From NCBI GenBank assembly GCA_040384845.1, contig JAZKIL010000014.1:40227-104226 (forward strand): a stretch of DNA of 64,000 nucleotides, read 5' to 3'. The notes below the pieces were generated by a model. It was not told the origin of the DNA, searched no databases, and saw nothing but the letters and a program-made list of their open reading frames with translations. This document shows, one piece after another, positions 8,340 to 16,812 of this stretch. Within the stretch, counting starts at the first letter, position 1. The number at the start of each line of letters is the position of its first letter. Both the position numbers and the translations under genes were made by a program. The stretch is from Verrucomicrobiota bacterium (GTDB taxonomy: Bacteria > Verrucomicrobiota > Verrucomicrobiia > Verrucomicrobiales > Akkermansiaceae).

Positions 8340-9032
8340 TTACTTAGCTGCTCCGGGAAGGATTTTTATGTTCCGGAAAAAGCATTCATCGATGTGGTCG
8401 GTGAGCACGATGTGGCCTTCGATCTTTTTTTCGTAGCCGTTGGCTTTTGCAAATTTACTTTTGGCGATAGCGGCCTTGAGCTCTTCGCTTTCTAACTCGT
8501 AAGCGAGGACACGGGCTCCGTTGAGCCAATGCTCGACGCTTTTGCCTTTAACCACGATCTTAGAGCTATTCCATTCGCCGACGGGCTTGAGTGGCTTGTC
8601 ATCGGCGGGAGGAAGGATGTCGTAAAGGCAGGCGGTTTGACGGTGCGGGCCGATCTTGCCGTCCCGGTGACCGGTGTCGTCGAGCATTTGATATTCGGGG
8701 CCAGAGAAATTTCCACGATCCTCAAGCACGAGGTATTTGATTCCATTGTTGCCCTTGGGAGAAATTTTCCATTCCCAAGCGAGGGTGAAGTCTCCGTATT
8801 TTTCCTTGGTGATGATATCTCCGCCGGGAATTATGCTAAGTTTTTTCAGGATGCCGTCCTCGATCTTCCAACAGCGACCGGGCTCCGCATCGGAGCGAAA
8901 CTTACGGAAGTTGGATAGGTCTTTGCCATTGAAGAGGAGCTGCCAGCCGGCGGCTTTTTCCTCTGGGCTGAGGGTGTTGATTTCCTCTGCGAAGATCGGA
9001 AGGGTGATCAGGAAAAAGAAAAAGATTTTCAT
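8340..9032 (-). CDS. DUF1080 (3-keto-disaccharide hydrolase-like) secreted protein
   Basis: GWQLLFNGKDL, GNNGIKY, PEYQMLDD, KPVGEWN, GHIVLTDH motifs; signal peptide. Confidence 0.9.
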   Translation of the reverse strand: MKIFFFFLITLPIFAEEINTLSPEEKAAGWQLLFNGKDLSNFRKFRSDAEPGRCWKIEDGILKKLSIIPGGDIITKEKYGDFTLAWEWKISPKGNNGIKYLVLEDRGNFSGPEYQMLDDTGHRDGKIGPHRQTACLYDILPPADDKPLKPVGEWNSSKIVVKGKSVEHWLNGARVLAYELESEELKAAIAKSKFAKANGYEKKIEGHIVLTDHIDECFFRNIKILPGAAK

Positions 9033-9154
9033 CGTGAGAGAAGCCTACGAAATGATGTGGGTTTGTCGAACTGGATTAGCGAAGTCCTCGCGCCAGGATT
9101 TGAATGATCGAGACTGGCTTGATTCTTCCGCTGAATCGCGGATGGTAACGCAGC

Positions 9155-10144
9155 ATGCGAGCATTCTTACCATTTACCGTTTTTCTTCTGCTCACAGGCT
9201 GTCAAACGATACACTTCTACACTCAAGGCGTCAGAGGCCAAATCGAGATCCTAGCCAAATCTCAACCCAACGCAAAACTGATCGCTTCTCCTGATACCTC
9301 ATCTTCCCTCAAAGAACGTCTGATCTTAGCCGAAGAACTTTGCTCATTCGCAACCCGTGAACTCGCACTTCCCGGAAATTCCGCCTACCACAAATATGCC
9401 GATCTCGAACGCAACCACGTCGTCTTCGTCCTCCATGCAGCACCCGAATTTTCGATGGAACCAAAAACATGGTTCTACCCCTTCGTCGGCAATCAAGCCT
9501 ACCGCGGCTACTTCAACGAACAGGATGCCGAAACGTATGCCTCCACCCTCCGCGAGAAAGGCTATGAAGTCTATCTCGGCGGGACCGATGCCTACTCCAC
9601 ACTTGGAGTCTTCCACGACCCGCTACTAAACACCTTCATCGACTACCCAGAATTGCACTTCACAGAAACGATTTTTCACGAACTCACTCACATCCGCTAC
9701 TTCGTCAAAGGCGATACAACATTCAACGAATCCCTCGCCAATGTCGTGGCCGAAGAAGGCATGCGCCGCTGGCTGACTTCCAAAGGACGACATGCGGACC
9801 TCGCTAGCTACGAGGAACTTCTCCAACGTCGGCGTGACTTCTACCAACAAATCGCAATCACTCGCTCCGAACTAACCAAATTATATGCATCCGAGATATC
9901 CGAAGAATCCATGCATACCCAGAAACAACAAATCCTCAATCAACTCAAATCCCGCGCTCGTGAACTACAAAAACGCTGGGGAGGAAAGCAGCTCACGGAA
10001 TGGCTCAAGCTTGATCTAACAAACGCTCACATACTTGCCTTATCCGTATACAACCAAGAAATGCCAACTTTCCAAAAACTGCTGGAAGAATCCGGCGGAG
10101 ACTTCGGAACTTTCTTCCAAAAAGTAGAAGCTATGAAGCCCTGA
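9155..10144 (+). CDS. Predicted zinc aminopeptidase lipoprotein (DUF2265-like)
   Basis: Lipobox LTGC, YRGYF, AYSTLG..DPLLNTF, IFHELTH (HExxH), TTFNES. Confidence 0.85.
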   Translation: MRAFLPFTVFLLLTGCQTIHFYTQGVRGQIEILAKSQPNAKLIASPDTSSSLKERLILAEELCSFATRELALPGNSAYHKYADLERNHVVFVLHAAPEFSMEPKTWFYPFVGNQAYRGYFNEQDAETYASTLREKGYEVYLGGTDAYSTLGVFHDPLLNTFIDYPELHFTETIFHELTHIRYFVKGDTTFNESLANVVAEEGMRRWLTSKGRHADLASYEELLQRRRDFYQQIAITRSELTKLYASEISEESMHTQKQQILNQLKSRARELQKRWGGKQLTEWLKLDLTNAHILALSVYNQEMPTFQKLLEESGGDFGTFFQKVEAMKP

Positions 10145-10219
10145 GGAACTTAAAATAAATCCCAGCGTGACGATGTGTGTTGTCTGAAAAATGGTTACCA
10201 CTCATGATGCGTGAATTTT

Positions 10220-10606
10220 TTACCATACGAATTGAAGCTTCCAAACGGAACTACTTCCTAACCCGCTTATCATAGTGAGGCTTTTTTCGTCTGCATCCAA
10301 AACCCCAAACCCAGTCGAATTCATCACCACACATCGGCTCTTTCCAGTTGATAGATTGAAAACGAATAAATCGAAATTTCTGCCCTCGAAAATCTTCAGT
10401 CTCAATTTAGGAATATAAAGCATATCTCCTTTACCAAAAAAGGGGCCACCAAAATTTCCTCTGATTTTTTTCCCATCAATAAACAAGCGCCCAATCCGAG
10501 CCCCTCCCATTGAGGTTTCGCATGTATCTAGCAACTCAACAGTGTGGCCATCGAAGCTTTTGCTCTCGATGAACTCAGTCGGGTTTTCCGAATTTTCGTT
10601 AGACAT
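10220..10606 (-). CDS. Hypothetical AT-rich ORFan
   Basis: Open frame; start moved to MSNENSEN (10606) because the longer start overlaps accA and a REP. Confidence 0.6.
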   Translation of the reverse strand: MSNENSENPTEFIESKSFDGHTVELLDTCETSMGGARIGRLFIDGKKIRGNFGGPFFGKGDMLYIPKLRLKIFEGRNFDLFVFNLSTGKSRCVVMNSTGFGVLDADEKSLTMISGLGSSSVWKLQFVW

Positions 10607-10622
10607 GTTTGCTTCACTTGCG

Positions 10623-10652
10623 AGGTCGCGATTGAAAATCGCCGTTCCTTTC
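10623..10652. repeat. REP-like palindrome, copy 1 (second copy at 35646-35675)
   Basis: AGGTCGCGATTGAAAATCGCCGTTCCTTTC versus AGGTCGCGATTTAAAATCGCGGTTCCTTTC: 28 of 30 identical. Confidence 0.7.
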
Positions 10653-10653
10653 A

Positions 10654-11607
10654 TCACGCCTCATTCCACTCGCCGAACTTACGGAATTTATCGTAGCGTT
10701 CTTGGAGAAGAGTTTCAGTGCTGAGAGAGCAAAGATGATCGAGTTCTTTGGAGACATGTTCGCGGAATGAAAGGGCGGTTGAGGCGTGGTCATGGTGGGC
10801 GCCGCCGAGGGGCTCCGGGATGACTCCGTCGATGAGGTTGAGTTTCATCAGATCTGGCGCGACGAGCTTCATGGCCTCTGCGGCTTCTGGTGCATGTTTG
10901 CGATGCTTCCAAAGAATGGCTGCGCAACCTTCGGGTGAGATCACTGAGTAGTAGGCGTTTTCCATCATCAACACGCGATCCGCGACGCCGATCCCGAGTG
11001 CACCACCAGATCCGCCCTCGCCGATGACCACGGCGATGATGGGAGTTTTGAGCAGCATCATTTCGCGGAGGTTGAAGGCGATGGCCTCTGCGATGTTACG
11101 CTCTTCTGCACCGATTCCAGGGAAGGCTCCCGGGGTGTCGATGAGTGCGATGATGGGCATGGAAAATTTCTCGGCGATTTTCATCAAGCGGAGAGATTTG
11201 CGATAACCTTCCGGATGCGCGGAGCCGAAGTTGCGTTTGAGATTTTCTTTCGTATCGCGGCCTTTTTGGTGGCCCAATACCACGCATTTATGTTCACCCA
11301 ACATGGCGAACCCGCCGGGCATGGATGCGTCATCCCCGATGTGGCGATCGCCATGGAGTTCACTGAAATCTGTGAAGGCGAGTGAAACATAATCGAGCAT
11401 GAAAGGGCGTTGGGTGTGGCGGGCGATCTGCACACGCTGCCAAGGAGTCAGGTTTTGATAAATCGCGGAACGCGTTTCAGCAAGTTTACGCTCCATCGTG
11501 GCAATTTCAGCCGATAAATCGAGATTCTGAGCCGAAGATTTAGAGCGAAGTTTATCGATCTCTTTTTCAAGTTCAGCGGCGGGTTTTTCAAATTCTAGGA
11601 GTTGCAT
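10654..11607 (-). CDS. accA: Acetyl-CoA carboxylase carboxyltransferase subunit alpha
   Basis: LEFEKP, LTPWQRVQIARH, PEGYRK, IDTPGAFPGIGAEER, GEGGSGGALG, YSVISPEGCAAILW. Confidence 0.97.
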   Translation of the reverse strand: MQLLEFEKPAAELEKEIDKLRSKSSAQNLDLSAEIATMERKLAETRSAIYQNLTPWQRVQIARHTQRPFMLDYVSLAFTDFSELHGDRHIGDDASMPGGFAMLGEHKCVVLGHQKGRDTKENLKRNFGSAHPEGYRKSLRLMKIAEKFSMPIIALIDTPGAFPGIGAEERNIAEAIAFNLREMMLLKTPIIAVVIGEGGSGGALGIGVADRVLMMENAYYSVISPEGCAAILWKHRKHAPEAAEAMKLVAPDLMKLNLIDGVIPEPLGGAHHDHASTALSFREHVSKELDHLCSLSTETLLQERYDKFRKFGEWNEA

Positions 11608-11783
11608 GATAGGAAAAATTCAAATGGCGAGCGCGGAGCAGAGGTTCAACTGCCGAGAGTTTAAGGGTTAAAAAGAAAGACGCAAGACGCAAGGCAGGGA
11701 CCTTTCCGGTTCGGAAATACTCATCAATTCCCTTATGCGATAACAACCGCTAGATATGGACGCCTAGGGATAGGCATCCCTGA

Positions 11784-12680
11784 CTATTTCTTCGACGACC
11801 GGATCTCCACGACGTTTCCGGTGCGGGTGAGGAGGAAAAGTTCTTCGATGTCGGCTTCTTTTAGGAAGATACCGCGGGGTGGGGTTTCATCGTCTTTGTT
11901 GAAGGGAAGGATCTGCAGGGCCGGGTTTTTGAGGGCGAGGCTTTTTGAGGTGGACCGGTATTCGATCGCGGTCGGGGCGACGACTTTTCCATCGAGATCC
12001 GCGCGGCGCGATGCGATCACGGTGGTGCCTGCGGCCGGAGCTGCGCCTTGCGTATTGAGGATGGGGTAGTCGCAGATAAATTTCGCATCCTCCCAAAGCG
12101 AGAGGGAATTGCGTAACGGATCGATGACGATGCGGTAGTTGAGCGGCATCAAGGTCAGCTCATCCCCGACTTTTAGATTCTGCAACTCCATCATGTTGTT
12201 GAGGTGCATGATCATATCCAGCGAAGTTTCGTTGCGGCCTGCGATGGCGAAATAGGAATCGCCGGATTTCACTTTGTAGGTGGTTTTTCCGGTGCGGAAA
12301 TCGGAAGAGAGCACTTCATCGAGATTCATCATGCTGACAATGCGGCGTGCCTGAGGCGCGGCGGGAGACGAGGAAAATACATTGATGATGGCCATGAGTT
12401 TTTCGCGGCCTTCGCGGATTTTACCGAGCGCGATAAGTTCATGGGCTTTTTGGAACGCGCGGTCGCCGGGTTCGAAGTCCGGGATTTCCGCGGCGTCTAA
12501 CACTTTGCTGAAATCTTCTTCCTTCGTATCGCGCAAGACGGTGCCTGCTTCTGGGATAATTTTTGCGAACACGCCACCTAACGGTTTGACGGCGATGTGA
12601 TAGGAAAGCATACCGGTAAACGTCGCGATAACTGCGACGGCGATGCCGGCGATGATTTTGATGATGAGCCAGATTCTCAT
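11784..12680 (-). CDS. Membrane-anchored LysM protein with degenerate YkuD-like C-terminal domain
   Basis: N-terminal TM helix, YKVKSGDS...IA...LN LysM pattern, C-terminus DIEELFLLTRTGNVVEIR. Confidence 0.75.
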   Translation of the reverse strand: MRIWLIIKIIAGIAVAVIATFTGMLSYHIAVKPLGGVFAKIIPEAGTVLRDTKEEDFSKVLDAAEIPDFEPGDRAFQKAHELIALGKIREGREKLMAIINVFSSSPAAPQARRIVSMMNLDEVLSSDFRTGKTTYKVKSGDSYFAIAGRNETSLDMIMHLNNMMELQNLKVGDELTLMPLNYRIVIDPLRNSLSLWEDAKFICDYPILNTQGAAPAAGTTVIASRRADLDGKVVAPTAIEYRSTSKSLALKNPALQILPFNKDDETPPRGIFLKEADIEELFLLTRTGNVVEIRSSKK

Positions 12681-12705
12681 ATGGCGATGCGTGTGCGGGG
12701 TTTCA

Positions 12706-13242
12706 CTAGATCAGGCCTTTTCTACGTAGATCGAAGGCATTGATTTCATGCGAACGAAGAATCATCTCAAAAGAAAATTTCAGGATGGAAACTTCCCATG
12801 CGTCATCCACCCCTTCGATGATGGCGCGGGAGGGATTGCCGGTGCGGCGGATGTCTGCGAGCACGCGCTCGCGGACTGCGTCGATGGTGTCGTGGACGAT
12901 TTCCTCGTTGACCGCGCCGCGTTTGAAGCGGAAACCGTATTGGAGAAATGCGAGGTCACGGCCTTGCTCCTTGAGTTTGTCCACCAATGCATCGAAACGA
13001 GCGCGGGCGTTGTCATCAAACCCTTCGAGTTCGATTTCACGATACGGCTGTGGGCGCAAGATGCGCGGCTTCATCGCCTCAACCTCTCCGGTGCGAATCC
13101 GCACGGACCCAACCTGATCCATCGGCTCGCTCAGGAGTTGGAATTCAAAACGTGTTTCTCCAAACGTCTGGATGCGATGATCCGGTTCATGAAGAACCCG
13201 AGTGGTTTCCATGGCATACTGAATGTCGTCTTGGGTGGGCAT
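12706..13242 (-). CDS. Hypothetical protein, 178 aa
   Basis: Long ORF with genome-typical codon usage, co-oriented between acpP and the LysM gene. Confidence 0.75.
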   Translation of the reverse strand: MPTQDDIQYAMETTRVLHEPDHRIQTFGETRFEFQLLSEPMDQVGSVRIRTGEVEAMKPRILRPQPYREIELEGFDDNARARFDALVDKLKEQGRDLAFLQYGFRFKRGAVNEEIVHDTIDAVRERVLADIRRTGNPSRAIIEGVDDAWEVSILKFSFEMILRSHEINAFDLRRKGLI

Positions 13243-13375
13243 GTCTGAAGTAAAAGCTAAAAATCTGAAATACTGAAACGCTGAAAACAGAGAGCGCTGA
13301 TTTATTTACATGAGTGTCCATTGGATTTTTACTAGAGCAACTACATTTAGAAAATTGAAGGTCGCTCCCAAAGAA

Positions 13376-13405
13376 AAGGGTGGATGCCTTGCGACAACCA
13401 CCCTT
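13376..13405 (-). terminator. Probable intrinsic terminator after acpP
   Basis: AAGGGTGG...CCACCCTT stem followed by a T-rich run on the minus strand. Confidence 0.55.
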
Positions 13406-13427
13406 CGGAAAACTGAAGTCTAACGAA

Positions 13428-13670
13428 TTAGCCTTTTTTGCTGGTGATGAACGTCACGACGTCTTTGACCGCTTGGAGTTTCTCAGCTTCGTCGTCTGGA
13501 ACTTCAACGTCGAATTCCTCTTCGAGAGCCATAACGAGCTCGACGGTATCGAGTGAGTCGGCACCGAGGTCCTCAACGAACTTGGCTTCTAGAGTTACTT
13601 GGTCGGCGCTGACGCCGAGCTGGTCTACGATGATTTCCTTGACGCGTTCTTCGATCGATTTGTCTGACAT
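13428..13670 (-). CDS. acpP: Acyl carrier protein
   Basis: [20 protein letters not shown] phosphopantetheine motif. Confidence 0.98.
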   Translation of the reverse strand: MSDKSIEERVKEIIVDQLGVSADQVTLEAKFVEDLGADSLDTVELVMALEEEFDVEVPDDEAEKLQAVKDVVTFITSKKG

Positions 13671-13810
13671 GTGTTGAGTGGTTGTGTGTTGGTGTGAGAA
13701 ACGGTTAACGCGGTGGCGCCTTGGTTGGCAATATGAAAAGCGGAAAACTCAGAAAGCGATAGGAAAAAATGGAAACGATTTTGGGGGGAGACGTGCTTTT
13801 TCGACTTTTT

Positions 13811-14003
13811 AAACGGAGGATCGGAGGATGGGGAGAAAACGGGGGTTTGTAAGGGTCAAAATCCGGTCCCAGCTTTTTGCTACAAGGAGGGAGGAGAATC
13901 GGGAGAAGAGGAGGAAAACTTAACTCATTCGCCTTCCTTACTTCATAATACTCCAATCTTTTAACCTCTGCTTTCTCACTCCGTTTTCTCCGATCCTCCG
14001 TTT
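13811..14003. repeat. Imperfect long inverted repeat (MITE/REP-like) upstream of acpP
   Basis: AAACGGAGGATCGGAG...GAGAAAACGG (13811-13842) versus CCGTTTTCTCCGATCCTCCGTTT (13981-14003). Confidence 0.55.
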
Positions 14004-14033
14004 GAGTTTCTTTTGAACCCTAGCTTTCACCCT

Positions 14034-14861
14034 TCACCCTTCACTCTTCTCCACCACGCAGTAATCGATGATTTCTCCGGTGAAGTTGCTGCGGATTTGG
14101 CGCATGAGTTGTTCGGCGGGTTGGTTTTTTTCTTGGCTGAAGCCGCCGTAAGTTAAGCCATCGATTCTGGAGCGCTTCATACCGGAAGGTGTTTCGTGCT
14201 CAATGAAGGCGATGCCTTTGCCGTCCCATTTCCGGAGATCCAGGACGCGCATGTTTTCGTATGGAATGTTTTTCCCGTCGGCGGTGGTGAGAGATTTTTC
14301 ATCAGCAATGATGCTGCGGCGAACCGTGCGGATGAGGAAAAACAAGGTGATGACCGATAGCGAAACGCAGATGTAAAAAACGAGGATTTGCTGCTCGATT
14401 TTTTCTGCATCGAAGGCCTTTTCCGCAGGCTTTTCGTTGAGCTGATTTTTTCCCGAGTATTCCAGCCATAGATGGTTGTGTTGCAGGGTTTTGACACGGG
14501 AGTAATCCGTGAGAACCTCCGGCCATGGCATGGGGAGCTTGAGGCCAGAGGGAAGGAGCGCCGGATCATTCGGGAAATCCACCGTTTGCTTGGAGGCAAA
14601 CTCACGCCAAGTTTCCTCAGTCAACGGAGTCTCAGCGTCCATTTTCGAAAAGGTCTTGGTCGCTTTCTCAAAGGTCGCGTGAACGTAGTATTCGAAATTC
14701 TTTTTCCGATATCCCGTCGTGCCGTCGAGGTAAAACAACACGCTGAACACACTGAACATCGCCAAAATCACACCGGCACGAAACAGAAACCACGGAGTGG
14801 GTTTACAAATGATTTTCTCGGAATGACTCATGAGCGTGGAGACCCTAGAACTCACCGACAT
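14034..14861 (-). CDS. Hypothetical membrane protein with two TM helices
   Basis: 275-aa ORF with two hydrophobic segments. Confidence 0.75.
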   Translation of the reverse strand: MSVSSRVSTLMSHSEKIICKPTPWFLFRAGVILAMFSVFSVLFYLDGTTGYRKKNFEYYVHATFEKATKTFSKMDAETPLTEETWREFASKQTVDFPNDPALLPSGLKLPMPWPEVLTDYSRVKTLQHNHLWLEYSGKNQLNEKPAEKAFDAEKIEQQILVFYICVSLSVITLFFLIRTVRRSIIADEKSLTTADGKNIPYENMRVLDLRKWDGKGIAFIEHETPSGMKRSRIDGLTYGGFSQEKNQPAEQLMRQIRSNFTGEIIDYCVVEKSEG

Positions 14862-14877
14862 ACCTGTCCACCCTTTT

Positions 14878-14989
14878 GGAGCAGGGGTGTCATCACCCCT
14901 TGAGGCTTGAGGGTGTCATCACCCTCAGTCGAATATGAAACACACGGTGAGACGCCGTTCAGCCTCATGCCGTGAGACACGGCAACTCC
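14878..14989. repeat. Composite REP element: two inverted double-hairpin units (REPIN/BIME-like)
   Basis: Plus strand: GGAG-C-AGGGGTGTCATCACCCCT-TGAGGCTT-GAGGGTGTCATCACCCTC. Minus strand: GGAG-T-TGCCGTGTCTCACGGCA-TGAGGCTGA-ACGGCGTCTCACCGT. Confidence 0.7.
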
Positions 14990-16689
14990 TAAAGATTCTT
15001 ATCCGTCACAGCGCCTTCGCTGGCGCTGGTGACGAGTTTTGCATACTTGGCGAGGACTCCGTATTTATAACGCGGTTCCGGGCGCACCCATTTGTCTTTG
15101 CGGGCGGCGATTTTCGCGTCGGGGAGATTTACGGAAATGCGGTTCTCGACGGCGTTGATTTCGATTTCATCGCCATCTTCGAGGATGGCGATGGTGCCGC
15201 CTTCGAAAGCTTCCGGAGTGATGTGGCCGACCACGAAACCGTGGCTGCCGCCGGAGAAACGACCATCGGTGATGAGGGCGACGTCTTTGCCGAGGCCCAT
15301 GCCCATTACGGCGGAAGTAGGTCCAAGCATCTCACGCATCCCGGGTCCGCCTTTCGGCCCTTCGTAGCGGATGACGATGACGTTTCCTTTCTCAATTTTC
15401 TTGGCGAGAATGGCAGTCATCGCTTCTGGTTCAGAATTGAAGACTCGGGCTTTGCCTTTAAAGACTTCGCCTTCTTTACCGGAAATTTTTGCCACGGACC
15501 CGCCTTCTGCCAGGTTTCCGTAGAGCACACGAAGGTGACTGTCTTTTTTGAGCGGGTTGTTAACCGGACGGATGATCTGTTGATCCGCTGGGTAGTTGAT
15601 AGGAGATTTCTCTAAATTCTCGCGCATCGTGCGACCTGTCACGGTCATGCAATCCCCGTGCAGGAGCCCAGCTTCTAACAGCATTTTCATCAGCGGAACG
15701 GTGCCACCGATGCGGACGAGATCCGCCATCGCGTATTTGCCGGATGGCTTGAGATCGGCAAGAACGGGAGTTTTTTTGCCGATGCGTTCGAAGTCGTCCA
15801 AAGTGATTTCCACGCCGGCGGAGTGCGCCATTGCAGGGATGTGAAGGCAGGCATTGGTGGAGCCGCCGAGAGCGATGAGGACGGTGATCGCGTTTTCAAA
15901 AGCTTCTTTCGTCATGATGTCGCGCGGCTTGATACCGAGCTTGATGAGGTTCAGCACGGCTGCACCGGCGTCGAAACAATCGCGCATCTTGTCATCGGAA
16001 ATCGCCGCCTGCGCGGAGCTGTTAGGGAGCGACATGCCGAGCGCTTCGATCGCGCTGGCCATCGTGTTGGCGGTATACATTCCGCCGCAAGAACCCGGGC
16101 CGGGAATCGCGCAGGACTCGACGTGATCCAACTCTTCATCCGTGAACTCGCCGTTCGCGTGTTTACCCACCGCCTCGAACACGGAAACGATATCCAGATC
16201 TTTTTCCTCACCTTTGATCTTGCCGCAGCCGGGCAGAATCGTGCCGCCGTAGACGAAAACGGCTGGGCGGTTCATCCGGCCCATCGTCATCACGCAGGCG
16301 GGCATGTTTTTGTCACAGCCGCCGATCGCCACGAAACCGTCCATGCCTTCGCAGCCGACCACAGTTTCGATGGAGTCTGCGATCACTTCACGGGAAACGA
16401 GCGAATATTTCATCCCCTCGGTGCCCATTGAGATGCCGTCTGAAATGGTGATGGTGTTGAAAATGATGCCCTTACCGCCTGCGGCGTCGACGCCTTTTGA
16501 GGACTCAATCGCGAGCTTATCGATGTGGATGTTACAAGGTGTGACCTGGCTCCATGTGGAGGCGATGCCGATCTGGGGTTTGGCAAAATCTGCTTTTTCA
16601 AAACCCACGGCATAAAGCATGGCGCGGCTTGGGGCGCGGTCGGGTCCATCAAGCATCAAACTGGAAAAGGGGCGTTGTTCGTCGTTCAT
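14989..16689 (-). CDS. ilvD: Dihydroxy-acid dehydratase
   Basis: PCNIH, TISDGISMGTEGMKYSLVSREVIADSIE, GGCDKN, GGSTN, EGPKGGPGMREML, TDGRFSG. Start placed at MNDEQ. Confidence 0.97.
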   Translation of the reverse strand: MNDEQRPFSSLMLDGPDRAPSRAMLYAVGFEKADFAKPQIGIASTWSQVTPCNIHIDKLAIESSKGVDAAGGKGIIFNTITISDGISMGTEGMKYSLVSREVIADSIETVVGCEGMDGFVAIGGCDKNMPACVMTMGRMNRPAVFVYGGTILPGCGKIKGEEKDLDIVSVFEAVGKHANGEFTDEELDHVESCAIPGPGSCGGMYTANTMASAIEALGMSLPNSSAQAAISDDKMRDCFDAGAAVLNLIKLGIKPRDIMTKEAFENAITVLIALGGSTNACLHIPAMAHSAGVEITLDDFERIGKKTPVLADLKPSGKYAMADLVRIGGTVPLMKMLLEAGLLHGDCMTVTGRTMRENLEKSPINYPADQQIIRPVNNPLKKDSHLRVLYGNLAEGGSVAKISGKEGEVFKGKARVFNSEPEAMTAILAKKIEKGNVIVIRYEGPKGGPGMREMLGPTSAVMGMGLGKDVALITDGRFSGGSHGFVVGHITPEAFEGGTIAILEDGDEIEINAVENRISVNLPDAKIAARKDKWVRPEPRYKYGVLAKYAKLVTSASEGAVTDKNL

Positions 16690-16763
16690 CGGGCGGCGAT
16701 GATTGACCAAAGTGAACGAGTTGGCAAACCGTCTTTGAGCATTTTAAGGAGCGCTCTGGAGGG

Positions 16764-16778
16764 CGTAAAATCCTATGG
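16764..16778 (+). promoter_or_regulatory. Conserved 15-bp motif CGTAAAATCCTATGG, copy 1
   Basis: Identical copy at 18372-18386; each begins 49 nt before the downstream ATG. Confidence 0.55.
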
Positions 16779-16812
16779 CGGTGCTGAAGCTTTTCAGGTT
16801 AGTTTTGTTTTA

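Noticed and set aside
7900-8340. Integrase remnant
   Set aside because: Frames I read by eye showed no tyrosine-recombinase motifs and close quickly; a tBLASTn search would be needed to exclude a very decayed fragment.
13250-13300. CTGAAA short repeats, and similar TTCACCC (14027) and AAGACGC (11676) micro-repeats
   Set aside because: Short low-complexity intergenic repeats with no supportable function.
16525-16812. N-terminal extension of the DUF4419 ORF, and similar extensions at 2582, 31793, 41857, 44623, 47793 and 50564
   Set aside because: They overlap neighbouring genes or repeats; downstream ATGs give family-typical starts.
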